NCBI GenBank assembly: GCA_028279805.1
Contig: JANQMZ010000007.1
Span: forward strand, 750,001 to 782,000
Reading direction: 5' to 3'
DNA: 32,000 nucleotides
DNA from: an archaeon
GTDB taxonomy: Archaea; Iainarchaeota; Iainarchaeia; Iainarchaeales; JANQMZ01
Each line of letters begins with the position of its first letter. Positions within the stretch are counted from its first letter, which is position 1. A program made the translations under genes and the position numbers. Shown here one piece after another: positions 17,472 to 26,290 of this stretch. The notes under the pieces were generated by a model. It searched no databases, was not told where the DNA came from, and saw only the letters and a program-made list of their open reading frames with translations.

Positions 17472-18256
17472 GTAAAGAAAAACCAATCTGGGAATTAAAA
17501 TCGGAAGAAGTTAAAAAAGCTTTAAGAAATGGTGAAAGGCTTGACGGAAGAAAATTTGACGAATATCGTGAAATAATTGTTGAAAAAGATCTTTACAAGA
17601 ATGCGGAGGGATCAGCAAATGTTTCAATCGGCAAAACAAAAGTTGATGCTGGTGTAAAACTGTTGGCAGGCGAACCTTACCCGGATTCTCCGGATCAGGG
17701 AACAATTTCAGTAGGAGTAGAATTATCACCATTATCTTCACCTGAATTTAAATATGGGCCTCCTTCAGAAGAAGCAATTGAAGTTTCAAGAGTTGTTGAC
17801 CGGGGCATAAGAGAAGCCAAAACAATTGATTTCAAAAAACTTTGCTTAAAAGAAGGTGAAACGGTTTTAATTGCTTTTATTGACATTTATTCCACTGACC
17901 ATTTTGGAAATCTTTTTGATACAAGCACTTTGGGTGCAATGGCTTCATTGCTTCATTCAAAAATTCCAAAAGTTGAAGACGGAAAAGTTGTAAAAGGAGA
18001 ATATTCAGGAAAGCTGCCTATTGACAGTACCCCACTATTATGCACTTTTTCAAAAATTGATGATTTTATAGTGGTGGATCCAAGCATTGAAGAGGAAAAG
18101 GCAACAGATGCAAGGCTTTCAATTTCAGTTAATGAAAAAGGCGTTTTATCCGCTTTTCAAAAAGGAGAATCAGGTTCTTTTACATTATCCGAAGTTGATG
18201 AAATGATTAAAATAGCTTTAAAAAGAACAAAAGATTTAAGAAAAAAAGTTGAATAA
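17468..18256 (+). CDS. rrp42: Exosome complex subunit Rrp42
   Basis: NGERLDGRKFDEYREIIVEKDLYKNAEGSANVSIGKTKVDAGVKLLAGEPYPDSPDQGTISVGVELSPLSSPEF...EVSRVVDRGIREA. Confidence 0.96.
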   Translation: MSKEKPIWELKSEEVKKALRNGERLDGRKFDEYREIIVEKDLYKNAEGSANVSIGKTKVDAGVKLLAGEPYPDSPDQGTISVGVELSPLSSPEFKYGPPSEEAIEVSRVVDRGIREAKTIDFKKLCLKEGETVLIAFIDIYSTDHFGNLFDTSTLGAMASLLHSKIPKVEDGKVVKGEYSGKLPIDSTPLLCTFSKIDDFIVVDPSIEEEKATDARLSISVNEKGVLSAFQKGESGSFTLSEVDEMIKIALKRTKDLRKKVE

Positions 18257-18258
18257 AA

Positions 18259-18744
18259 ATGGGAAACACAAAAAAAGTCGGTACAACAGGCCGTTTCGGA
18301 GTGCGTTACGGAAGAAGCATCAGAAAGAGAGTTTTGGCTGTTGAAACAAAACAAAAATCTTTACAAACAGCTCCAAAATCCGGCTTTAATAAAATTAAAA
18401 GACTGGCCCCAGGAATTTTTAAAGACATAAAAACCGGTGAAATTTTTGCAGGAGGAGCATATACCGCTACAACAATGACCGGCAGAATTGTTAACAAAAT
18501 GGTTAAACAAAGAGAATTTTTGCCGCACGTCGGAGAATTAATTGAATCAAAAGAAAAAACTGAAAAATCTCCGGAACAAAAACCTGAACCTGAAACAAAA
18601 CCGGTTAAAAAAGAAAAACAAACAAAAAAAACTGTGGCTAAAAAGCCAAAAAAAGAAACAAAAGTTAAAGCAAAAACAACAACCAAACCGAAAAAAGAGA
18701 AAAAGAAAACAGTTAAAACAAAAAAAGAAGAAGAAAAAAAATAA
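18259..18744 (+). CDS. rpl37ae: Ribosomal protein L37Ae/eL43, cysteine-less variant with Lys-rich C-terminal tail
   Basis: TKKVGTTGRFGVRYGRSIRKRVLAVE...FAGGAYTATTMTGR; syntenic with rpoP and the exosome genes. Confidence 0.88.
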   Translation: MGNTKKVGTTGRFGVRYGRSIRKRVLAVETKQKSLQTAPKSGFNKIKRLAPGIFKDIKTGEIFAGGAYTATTMTGRIVNKMVKQREFLPHVGELIESKEKTEKSPEQKPEPETKPVKKEKQTKKTVAKKPKKETKVKAKTTTKPKKEKKKTVKTKKEEEKK

Positions 18745-18756
18745 AAGGTGTAAAAA

Positions 18757-18885
18757 ATGTACAAATGTGTTAAATGTGGTGAAATAATAAAAGAGCTTCC
18801 GCGGTCAATAAGGTGTCCTGCCTGTGCTTTTAAAATTTTTTCAAAAATCAGAACTCCTATCGCAAGAAAAGTGAAAGCTGAATAA
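18757..18885 (+). CDS. rpoP: DNA-directed RNA polymerase subunit P (Rpb12-like), 42 aa; not in the supplied ORF track
   Basis: My translation: MYKCVKCGEIIKELPRSIRCPACAFKIFSKIRTPIARKVKAE*; two CxxC pairs, conserved gene order, upstream GGTG. Confidence 0.92.
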   Translation: MYKCVKCGEIIKELPRSIRCPACAFKIFSKIRTPIARKVKAE

Positions 18886-18889
18886 AATT

Positions 18890-19135
18890 ATGAACCCAAA
18901 ACATGAATTAAAACTTGAACTGGTTTTTTCAAAACCAGCTGAACCTGAAACAATTGTTAAAGCCTTAAAACCTGACATGAAACAAAAATATTCACGCTCT
19001 AAAACAATAATCCGTGTTGATAATAAAAAACTTAAAATAATAATCAAATCAGTTGATTTAACCGCTTTAAGAGCATCTTTTAACTCAATGCTTAAAAGCA
19101 TTATTGTATCAAATGATTTGATTCAATGGAGGTAA
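18890..19135 (+). CDS. pcc1: KEOPS complex subunit Pcc1
   Basis: LKLELVFSKPAEPETIVKALKPDM...RSKTIIRVDNKKLKIIIKSVDLTALRASFNSMLKSIIVSNDLI pattern and its position between rpoP and prefoldin beta. Confidence 0.85.
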   Translation: MNPKHELKLELVFSKPAEPETIVKALKPDMKQKYSRSKTIIRVDNKKLKIIIKSVDLTALRASFNSMLKSIIVSNDLIQWR

Positions 19136-19136
19136 T

Positions 19137-19517
19137 TTGATGGACGAACAAACACAGAAAGACGTTATTGAGTTTAACAGAATGAGACAACAGTTGGGAG
19201 CATTAACAGCTCAAATGCAGCAGTTACAGCTTCAGTCTGACACTCTTAAAACCGCTTTGGAAGAATTGAAACAAAGCAAGGAAGAAAAAGTATACAAAGC
19301 TGTTGGCAACATTTTGGTTTTAAAAAAATCAAAAGACGTTGAAAAAGAAATCAAAGAAAATAAAGAATCAACTGATTTAAGAGTTAAAACTTTAAAAAAA
19401 CAAGAAGAATCTTCGGTTCAAAAATTGAACAAGTTACGTTCAAAAATAGAATCAAAAATAGGTTCTGAAACAGCTCTTGAAACATCAACCGCTTCAAAAA
19501 AAAATAAAAACAAGTGA
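19137..19517 (+). CDS. pfdB: Prefoldin subunit beta
   Basis: EFNRMRQQLGALTAQMQQLQLQSDTLKTALEEL...KVYKAVGNILVLKKSKDVEKEIKE. Confidence 0.9.
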   Translation: MMDEQTQKDVIEFNRMRQQLGALTAQMQQLQLQSDTLKTALEELKQSKEEKVYKAVGNILVLKKSKDVEKEIKENKESTDLRVKTLKKQEESSVQKLNKLRSKIESKIGSETALETSTASKKNKNK

Positions 19518-20542
19518 GTGAATTGAATTCTTTTTTGCCTTTTTCTCTTATTAAAGGGAAAAAAGTTTTGCTTTTAACCCACAGGGGAGCAGATGTTGAC
19601 GCTATTTCCTCCTGTGGTGCATTATATTTTTCTTTAAAAAAAAATGCAAAACTTGTTATAGGCATTCCTGAACATATTAACAAACAGGCAAAGCATTTGG
19701 CTGAAAAATTTTCAATTCCTTTTACTGTTAACCCTGATTTGAACAAATTTGATGTAATAATTCTTGTTGAATTAAATTCCTGGAAAATGCTTGGAGAATA
19801 CGCTGACAAAATAAAAAATTTTTCAGGTGAAAAATTTTTAATAGACCACCATGTTTTAACCGGTGACAAAATTGTTTCAAAACAAAAAATGCTTGTTGAC
19901 CAAAAAGCTGTTTCATGCACCCAGGTTGTTTTGCGTTTTTTAAAATCAAAAAAAATAAAGATTTCTCCCAAAACAGCTTCTTTAATTGTCTGCGGCGTTA
20001 TAACTGATTCCGGACAGTTTTATCATGCTGATGAAAAAGCGTTTCATGATGTTTCAGAAATGCTCAAAATAAGCAAACACCCTTATGACAAGCTTTTAAG
20101 CTTTTTAACAAGAGATTTTGAAAAAGGGGAAAAAATAGCCAGATTAAAATCTGCCAAGCGTGTTAAAATTTTCGGAGCCGGAGATTTTATTATTGCTTTA
20201 AGTGAGGTGGGAGCATATGAATCACAGGCTGCTTCAGCTTTGGTTAAAATTGGCGCGGACGCTGCTTTTGTAGGAACATTTTATGAAAAAGAAAATGAAA
20301 CAGTTGTTTCAGGCAGAGCTTCTTATTCAATGGTTAAATCAGGGCACATTGATTTGGCCAGAAACATTTTTGTTCCTTTAAAAAATTTTTTTAAAGGCGA
20401 GGGTGGAGGGCATGCGGGAGCAGCTGCTTTTAACTGTTCAAACGTTCAGCCTGAAAAAGTGTTAAAAAAATGCCTGGATTTAACTTTTGAAAATTTAAAA
20501 AAACAAAATTCTAATTTAAAACTGAAAAAATTTACAGATTAA
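19514..20542 (+). CDS. DHH-family phosphoesterase (NrnA/RecJ-like)
   Basis: LLTHRGADVDAISSCGAL, FLIDHHV, VCGVITDSGQF, FFKGEGGGHAGAAAF. Confidence 0.9.
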   Translation: MSELNSFLPFSLIKGKKVLLLTHRGADVDAISSCGALYFSLKKNAKLVIGIPEHINKQAKHLAEKFSIPFTVNPDLNKFDVIILVELNSWKMLGEYADKIKNFSGEKFLIDHHVLTGDKIVSKQKMLVDQKAVSCTQVVLRFLKSKKIKISPKTASLIVCGVITDSGQFYHADEKAFHDVSEMLKISKHPYDKLLSFLTRDFEKGEKIARLKSAKRVKIFGAGDFIIALSEVGAYESQAASALVKIGADAAFVGTFYEKENETVVSGRASYSMVKSGHIDLARNIFVPLKNFFKGEGGGHAGAAAFNCSNVQPEKVLKKCLDLTFENLKKQNSNLKLKKFTD

Positions 20543-21210
20543 TTAATTATTTTCATCAAATCATCCAGGCTTTCAAGAACATAATCCGATTTTATGTTTT
20601 TATCCTGTATAACTTGCCCGTATTTTGCCAGAGCGGTTTTCATTCCGAATTTTTTTGCTCCAAGAATGTCTTTCTGAGGATTATCCCCAACAAAAACAAT
20701 TTCATCAGGTTTTAGTTTTAAGTTTTTAACAGCTTTTTCAAAAGGCATTTTATGAGGTTTTTCCATTCCGGTTAAACCAACTGCAATAACAAAGTCAAAA
20801 AAATCCAAAAGATTTGATTCAGCCAGCCTTAACCATGCCTGTAGTTTTGGTGCATCGCTGACTATTCCAAGTTTTAATCCTTTTTCTTTTAATTTTATTA
20901 AAATTTTTCTGGTGTGAGGGTATGGAATCAGCTGCCCTGATTTCACACGCCTGTAAGCTGCTATTCCGCTTGCCAAAACCCTGTATTTTACTTTTCCCTG
21001 AACTTTTTCCAAAAATTTGTTAAAAATTTCCTGGTCCTCAATTCCGAATGTTTTATACATTTCATACAGTTTGTCAACAGCCTCATCTTCCTTCATTTCA
21101 AGCCCTGCGTCAATCATGGCTCTAGCTGCCGCTATTGTAGCTAATTTTTTCATCTCCATAAAATCAATAAGAGTGTTATCCAAGTCAAACAAAACTGCTT
21201 TTATCACCAT
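20539..21210 (-). CDS. HAD-superfamily hydrolase
   Basis: KAVLFDLDNTLIDF, LKLGIVSDAPK, KPHKMPFEKAV, EIVFVGDNPQKDILGAKKFGMKTA. Confidence 0.92.
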   Translation of the reverse strand: MVIKAVLFDLDNTLIDFMEMKKLATIAAARAMIDAGLEMKEDEAVDKLYEMYKTFGIEDQEIFNKFLEKVQGKVKYRVLASGIAAYRRVKSGQLIPYPHTRKILIKLKEKGLKLGIVSDAPKLQAWLRLAESNLLDFFDFVIAVGLTGMEKPHKMPFEKAVKNLKLKPDEIVFVGDNPQKDILGAKKFGMKTALAKYGQVIQDKNIKSDYVLESLDDLMKIIN

Positions 21211-21270
21211 TTCAATCAGTACAACTTTTTACTGGAAAAGTTATTTAAGTTTTTTTTATCCACTCATATC

Positions 21271-22548
21271 ATGAAAAAAATGAAAGTTTTAGTCATAGGC
21301 TCAGGAGGACGAGAACATGCTTTAACCTGGAAAATAAAGCAAAGTCCTTTGGTTGAAAAAATTTTTTGCGCGCCCGGAAATGCCGGCACAGACTCAATCG
21401 CTGAAAATGTTCCCAACCTGAACTCAGTAAAAGATTTGGCGGATTTTGCTCAAAAAAACAAAATTGATTTAACCGTTGTAGGGCCTGAAAATTTTTTAGT
21501 TGAAGGAATTGTTGATTTTTTTGAAAAAAAAAATTTAAAATGTTTTGGTCCCAGAAAAAATGCAGCAGTTTTGGAGGGAAGTAAAGTTTTTTGCAGAGAA
21601 TTTTTAAAAAAATTTAAAATTCCAATGCCTGATTTTAAAGTTTTTTCATCTCCGGATGAAGCAACTGAATTTGTTAAAAAAAATTCTCCCATTGTAATAA
21701 AAGCGGACGGTTTGGCGGCGGGGAAAGGGGTAATTGTTGCAAAAACTCCAGATGAAGCTGTTGAAGCTGTTGAAACAATAATGGTTAATAAAAAATTCGG
21801 AAACTCAGGTGAAAAAATTTTATGTGAAGAAATGCTTGAAGGAGAGGAAGCAAGTTATATTGTTTTTTCAGACGGAAAAAATTTTGTTCCAATGGCTTCA
21901 TCCCAGGACCATAAAAGAATTTTTGACAATGATAAGGGACCGAACACGGGAGGAATGGGTGCTTATTCTCCTGCTCCAATTGTTTCAAAAGAAGTTGAAG
22001 AAAAAATTTTAAAAAAAATAATCAAACCAACTATCAGGGCAATGTATGAAAACAACAGGGAATTTAAGGGAATTCTTTACGCAGGCCTGATGATTAAAAA
22101 CAATGAACCAAAATTAATTGAATTCAACTGCCGTTTTGGTGATCCTGAAGCTCAGGCAGTTCTTCCAAGATTTGAATCTGATATTGTGGAATTAATGCTT
22201 TCATGCATTGAAGGCAACCTTTCAAAATATGAAGCTAAATGGTCAAATAATGCATGTACAACTGTTGTTTTGGCTTCGGGAGGTTATCCTGAAAATTATG
22301 AAAAAAACAAAAAAATAACGGGCTTAAAAGAAGCAGGCTTGATTCAAAATGCAACTGTTTTTCATGCCGGCACAAAAAAAGAAAATGAAAAAATTTTAAC
22401 ATCCGGAGGCAGGGTTTTAAATGTAAGTGCTTTGGGTGAAAATATTTCTGAATCAATTAAAACAGCTTATACTGCGGTTGAAAAAATTCATTTTGACAAA
22501 ATGTTTTACCGAAAAGATATTGGAAAAAAAGCTCTGGTGAAATTATGA
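21271..22548 (+). CDS. purD: Phosphoribosylamine--glycine ligase
   Basis: KVLVIGSGGREHALTWKI, NVFGxGNAGT-like FCAPGNAGT, SPIVIKADGLAAGKGVIVA, GPNTGGMGAYSPAPI, EFNCRFGDPEAQAVLPR. Confidence 0.97.
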   Translation: MKKMKVLVIGSGGREHALTWKIKQSPLVEKIFCAPGNAGTDSIAENVPNLNSVKDLADFAQKNKIDLTVVGPENFLVEGIVDFFEKKNLKCFGPRKNAAVLEGSKVFCREFLKKFKIPMPDFKVFSSPDEATEFVKKNSPIVIKADGLAAGKGVIVAKTPDEAVEAVETIMVNKKFGNSGEKILCEEMLEGEEASYIVFSDGKNFVPMASSQDHKRIFDNDKGPNTGGMGAYSPAPIVSKEVEEKILKKIIKPTIRAMYENNREFKGILYAGLMIKNNEPKLIEFNCRFGDPEAQAVLPRFESDIVELMLSCIEGNLSKYEAKWSNNACTTVVLASGGYPENYEKNKKITGLKEAGLIQNATVFHAGTKKENEKILTSGGRVLNVSALGENISESIKTAYTAVEKIHFDKMFYRKDIGKKALVKL

Positions 22549-22676
22549 AATGTTCAAAATGCAATGCTCCCATGATTAAGGAAGGATTGGAACATCTGGT
22601 TCATAATGAAATTTTTGAGTCATGGGTTTGCCGGGCTTGTGGTTACCGGGAAGAAAAAAAGAAAACAAAACTTTAA
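22545..22676 (+). CDS. Small zinc-ribbon protein (43 aa), overlapping the purD stop by ATGA; not in the supplied ORF track
   Basis: My translation: MKCSKCNAPMIKEGLEHLVHNEIFESWVCRACGYREEKKKTKL*; two CxxC pairs. Confidence 0.65.
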   Translation: MKCSKCNAPMIKEGLEHLVHNEIFESWVCRACGYREEKKKTKL

Positions 22677-22876
22677 TGTTTTTCAGCCCATTCTCTTAAC
22701 ATTTCCCATGAAACCCATTCCGGAAAAACAGTTTCTTTTAAAATTGTTTTATCATTTTCTTTAATTCTTTGCAGATGTGATGGTAAAATTATTTTATGCA
22801 TGTTTTCAAGCCATGCAATTCTCTCTTTTTGTCCTTTTTTTATAAATTCTATTTTTTTTTCTTCAAATGTTGTCAT
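22673..22876 (-). CDS. Uncharacterised 67-aa protein
   Basis: Complete ORF overlapping the upstream HTH gene by 4 nt (ATGA), suggesting translational coupling. Confidence 0.55.
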   Translation of the reverse strand: MTTFEEKKIEFIKKGQKERIAWLENMHKIILPSHLQRIKENDKTILKETVFPEWVSWEMLREWAEKH

Positions 22877-23280
22877 AAGTGAACAGTTTCTTTTCCTTTT
22901 TTGATTTTTCTTCTTTCAGCATATTTTACAAGATAATGCACAGTGCTTTTGGGAATTCTGGTTAATTCTTCTATTTCTCTTAAAGGCCTGTGGTCTTTTC
23001 TCATTTCAATTGCTTTTAACATTTTTTCAAGAGGCAACTCTATTGCTCTTCCTCTTACCTCTTCTTTTGTTATTGTTATTTTTTTTGATTTTAAAAATTT
23101 TTTAACGTTTGATGCAAGCCTTTTGGAACATGATGAACTTAAAGCAACTTCTTTAAGATTCGGGCATTTTTTTAAAAGTTTTTCAATTTTGCTTTTTTTA
23201 ACAGGCCTTACCAGGTGAATCTGTTCAGTGCCTGCAGGAATGTTTGAAATGCTTGTTTGCGGATAAAATGAATATTTCAT
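22873..23280 (-). CDS. Uncharacterised protein with C-terminal HTH domain
   Basis: HRPLREIEELTRIPKSTVHYLVKYAERRKI has a helix-turn-helix pattern; the N-terminal region is unassigned. Confidence 0.7.
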   Translation of the reverse strand: MKYSFYPQTSISNIPAGTEQIHLVRPVKKSKIEKLLKKCPNLKEVALSSSCSKRLASNVKKFLKSKKITITKEEVRGRAIELPLEKMLKAIEMRKDHRPLREIEELTRIPKSTVHYLVKYAERRKIKKGKETVHL

Positions 23281-23404
23281 ATGGCATCATTTTTTTTCCA
23301 ATTTTTTGTGTTATAGTGGTGTTTTTTCTTATTAAAAAAGCTTTTTGAAAGGACTTTTAAATACCTGTAAGCAATACTATATATTTCTAAATTTTCAGTG
23401 ATTT

Positions 23405-24682
23405 TTGATGTCAGTAACATTAACCGGGCTTGGAGCCTGCAGAGAAGTCGGAAGAAGTTCTTTTTTGCTTGATTTTGGCGAAAAAATTGTTCTTGACCGG
23501 GGACTAAAAGTTCATGACGGAAACCAGATTGGTTACCCGCTTGATATTAACACAAATTTTAATGCAGTTGTTTTAAGTCATGCGCATTTAGACCATTCGG
23601 GTGATGTTCCCAATCTTTACATTAAAAGCAGGGTTCCGTGTTATTTAACTCCGCCCACTTTAAGTATTTCTGAAATTTTATGGAAAGACACTTTAAAAAT
23701 TGCTGAATTTGAAGGAAATGAGCCAAGTTTTTCAAAAGAAGATATTGAACGTGTTAAACAATATTCATTCGGGATTAATTATAACAAAAAACTTGGAATT
23801 ACAAAAAAATGTTCACTTGAATTTTTTGACGCAGGACACATTTTAGGTTCAGCTTTGTCAAAACTTTCATTCGGAAAAACAAATTTTTTATACACAGGCG
23901 ATTATAATCCTGATCCGATGTCCATGCACAAAGGCACTGATTTAAATGTCGGAAACGTAGACTTTGTTTTAACAGAAGCAACTTATGGTGACAGAAATCA
24001 TCCTCCCAGAAAAGAAACTGAAAAAAAATTTATTGAAAAAGTTCAGGAAGGGCTTGACAATAACGGAACTGTTCTCATTCCTGCTTTTGCAGTGGGGCGA
24101 ACGCAGGAAATTATAACAATTTTAGAACAAAATAAAATTAAAGCACCTGTTTTTATTGACGGAATGGGGCAAAAAGTTTCACAGGTTTATTTGAACAATC
24201 CTGATTATTTTGCAAATTTTAAATCTTTTAAAAAATATCTTGATAAAACAACTTGGGTTAAAAGCAACAGGGACAGAAAAAAAGCTTTAGATGAACCAAG
24301 CGTAATTGTTTCAACTGCGGGAATGCTTAACGGGGGACCCGCCTTTTATTACCTTGAACATATTTTATCAGATCCCAATTCTAAAGTGATTTTAACCGGT
24401 TTTCAAGTTGAAGGAACACAGGGAGCAAGATTGCTTGAAGAAAACAAAATATTCATAAAAGAAAAAGATTTTAATGCGGAAGCAGAGGTTTTAAGGTTTG
24501 AATTTTCAGCACATGCTTCGCAGGACGCCATGTTAAGAGCGTTTAAAAAATGGTCCCCGCAAAAAATTTTCTTGGCTCACGGTGACCCAAAAATAATGGA
24601 TATTTTTATTCAAAAAATTGACCAGGATCTGGGCATTAAAGCTGAAGCACTTGAACTTAATAAAAAAATAAAACTTGATTAA
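23405..24682 (+). CDS. Beta-CASP metallo-beta-lactamase ribonuclease (aCPSF2-like, no KH domains); ATG at 23408 or TTG at 23405
   Basis: VVLSHAHLDHSGDVPNL, FDAGHILGSA, FLYTGDYN, VLTEATYGDR, FAVGRTQEI, VIVSTAGMLNGGPAFYYL, FSAHASQD, FLAHGD. Confidence 0.92.
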   Translation: MMSVTLTGLGACREVGRSSFLLDFGEKIVLDRGLKVHDGNQIGYPLDINTNFNAVVLSHAHLDHSGDVPNLYIKSRVPCYLTPPTLSISEILWKDTLKIAEFEGNEPSFSKEDIERVKQYSFGINYNKKLGITKKCSLEFFDAGHILGSALSKLSFGKTNFLYTGDYNPDPMSMHKGTDLNVGNVDFVLTEATYGDRNHPPRKETEKKFIEKVQEGLDNNGTVLIPAFAVGRTQEIITILEQNKIKAPVFIDGMGQKVSQVYLNNPDYFANFKSFKKYLDKTTWVKSNRDRKKALDEPSVIVSTAGMLNGGPAFYYLEHILSDPNSKVILTGFQVEGTQGARLLEENKIFIKEKDFNAEAEVLRFEFSAHASQDAMLRAFKKWSPQKIFLAHGDPKIMDIFIQKIDQDLGIKAEALELNKKIKLD

Positions 24683-24684
24683 AA

Positions 24685-25368
24685 ATGACTTTATTTTGCC
24701 CTGAATGCGGCACGGAAAAAGGTCCTTTTGTTAAAAACAGCCTTTGTTTGAATTGTTTTTTGAAAAAAAACAAAATTTTAAACGTGCCTGAAAAAATAGA
24801 AATAAGTTTTTGCCCTTCCTGCACGAAAATATTGGTTCATGGAAAATGGGTTAAACAGTCTGAAAAAATATTAAAAGATTTTATAATTAAAAAAATCAAA
24901 ACAAAAGAATTAACAAATCAAAAATTTGACGTTGAATTAATCCAAAACAAAAACGGAAACTCGGATGTTAATATAATTGTTACCGGAAAAATTGCTGATG
25001 AAAAAATTTCACTTAACGCAAAAACTTTTTTAATTTTGAAAAAAGAATTATGCAAAAATTGCAGCAGAATTTCAGGAGGATATTTTGAAGCTGTTGTACA
25101 GTTAAGGTTTGAAAAAAAGCCTGATAAAAAAGTATTAAAAGAATTACTCCAACTTTTGAATGATCTGGGAAAAGAACAGGAACTTGTTAAAATAATTGAA
25201 TTAAAAAACGGTTTTGATGTTCAGGTTTTTTCAAAAAAAATTGCTCTCTCTGCATCCAAAAAAATTGCTTTAAAATACAAATCTGATATTACAAAATCTT
25301 TCACTGTTGCCGGTGCAGACCGGGAAGGCAAAACAAAAAAAAGATTCACTTATTGTATCCGGATTTAA
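24685..25368 (+). CDS. NMD3-family ribosome export/assembly protein (N-terminal region homologue)
   Basis: FCPECGTEKGPFVKNSLCLNCF...ISFCPSCTKILVHGKW...ELCKNCSRISGGYFEAVVQLR. Confidence 0.88.
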   Translation: MTLFCPECGTEKGPFVKNSLCLNCFLKKNKILNVPEKIEISFCPSCTKILVHGKWVKQSEKILKDFIIKKIKTKELTNQKFDVELIQNKNGNSDVNIIVTGKIADEKISLNAKTFLILKKELCKNCSRISGGYFEAVVQLRFEKKPDKKVLKELLQLLNDLGKEQELVKIIELKNGFDVQVFSKKIALSASKKIALKYKSDITKSFTVAGADREGKTKKRFTYCIRI

Positions 25369-26093
25369 TTTTTAAATTCTTCAAGTTTTTCTGCTATTTC
25401 TTCTTTTGGAATCATTGTAACAAGCAATGGAATTTTTTCACTTTCAGCTATTTTAATTGCAACTTTGTCAATTTTTTCAGGATTGTCAGGGCCGTGCAAT
25501 ACAACCATTGCCGGTTTCATGTCAGTGCTTAACCTGCTGATTTTAACCGCAATCATCGGGCTTCGGCCATTTTCAACTTTTTCAAAAATTAAAGCACGTT
25601 CAGGAGTTTTTCCGTACAGCTGCATATATTCATGAACGGGCACATCAAGAATTACTTTTATTGAATCAATCAAAGTATAACCATAAATTTTGGTGTTTTT
25701 TAATTTTGACGGATTGGCAACACATTTTGCCTCAATTCTGCTTGCAAACTCTGTTCCTGAAACATTTTTTGGAAATTCGTGAATATCAAATGCTTCTTCT
25801 TTTGCGCTAAAATCTTTCATTAATTGTTTTACAACTTTTCCCCCCCTGCTTTTGTCAATTTCAATTAAAGAATCCACAAGCCTTTTAATCACAGTAATTC
25901 CCGGACTTTTTCTTCTTCCCCCCTCATAATCCGAAATGGTTGAAGGGCTGATATTCAAATATTCTGATAATTCTGTTTGAGAAACTCCAAAAATTTCTCT
26001 CCACTTTTTCATTGAACTTCCCGGGTCTTTGCTTAAAGTAATTTCTCCGGCAATAGTAACACTTAATTTTTCCATAAGAAAATAATGCACCAC
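25365..26093 (-). CDS. XRE-type HTH transcriptional regulator, COG1709-like; start possibly the internal MEKLSVTIAGEI
   Basis: MKKWREIFGVSQTELSEYLNISPSTISDYEGGRRKSPG HTH plus a conserved-looking C-terminal effector-like domain. Confidence 0.75.
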   Translation of the reverse strand: MVHYFLMEKLSVTIAGEITLSKDPGSSMKKWREIFGVSQTELSEYLNISPSTISDYEGGRRKSPGITVIKRLVDSLIEIDKSRGGKVVKQLMKDFSAKEEAFDIHEFPKNVSGTEFASRIEAKCVANPSKLKNTKIYGYTLIDSIKVILDVPVHEYMQLYGKTPERALIFEKVENGRSPMIAVKISRLSTDMKPAMVVLHGPDNPEKIDKVAIKIAESEKIPLLVTMIPKEEIAEKLEEFKN

Positions 26094-26157
26094 CAGCTTA
26101 AAAACCTTTACGACAATCGCCGAGAGCCGTTTGATTCTGGTTACATGTATGGGTTAG

Positions 26158-26229
26158 CGGACCCGGAGGGATTCGAACCCTCAACCCACAGCTTAGGAGG
26201 CTGTTGCGCTTCCGTTGCGCCACGGGCCC
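26158..26229 (-). tRNA. tRNA-Arg (anticodon CCU)
   Basis: Minus strand GGGCCCG-TG-...-ACAGC-CTCCTAA-GCTGT-...-GAGGG-TTCGAAT-CCCTC-CGGGTCC-G; complete cloverleaf by eye. Confidence 0.93.
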
Positions 26230-26232
26230 GCA

Positions 26233-26290
26233 GGTGTTCCGGCGGCGAACACCCGCCTTCGGCAGGGTGTAAAGTAATTCCCGGAACACT
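26233..26290 (-). ncRNA. Structured GC-rich element immediately 5' of tRNA-Arg (5' leader or small RNA candidate)
   Basis: 9-bp inverted repeat GTGTTCCGG (26234-26242)/CCGGAACAC (26281-26289) enclosing the stem-loop CACCCGCC-TTC-GGC(A)GGGTG (26250-26269); TTTAAATA-like box near 26319. Confidence 0.4.

Noticed and set aside
16852-17486. Several ORFs inside rrp41 on both strands (65 aa, 61 aa, 179 aa, 62 aa, 60 aa)
   Set aside because: They overlap a well-supported Rrp41 coding sequence, show no family motifs and carry low-complexity F/L or S-rich composition.
18306-18787. 152-aa minus ORF and 81-aa K-rich plus ORF over rpl37ae
   Set aside because: Alternative-frame translations of the Lys-rich tail; the L37Ae frame is supported by its N-terminal motif and synteny, and the 81-aa ORF overlaps genuine rpoP.
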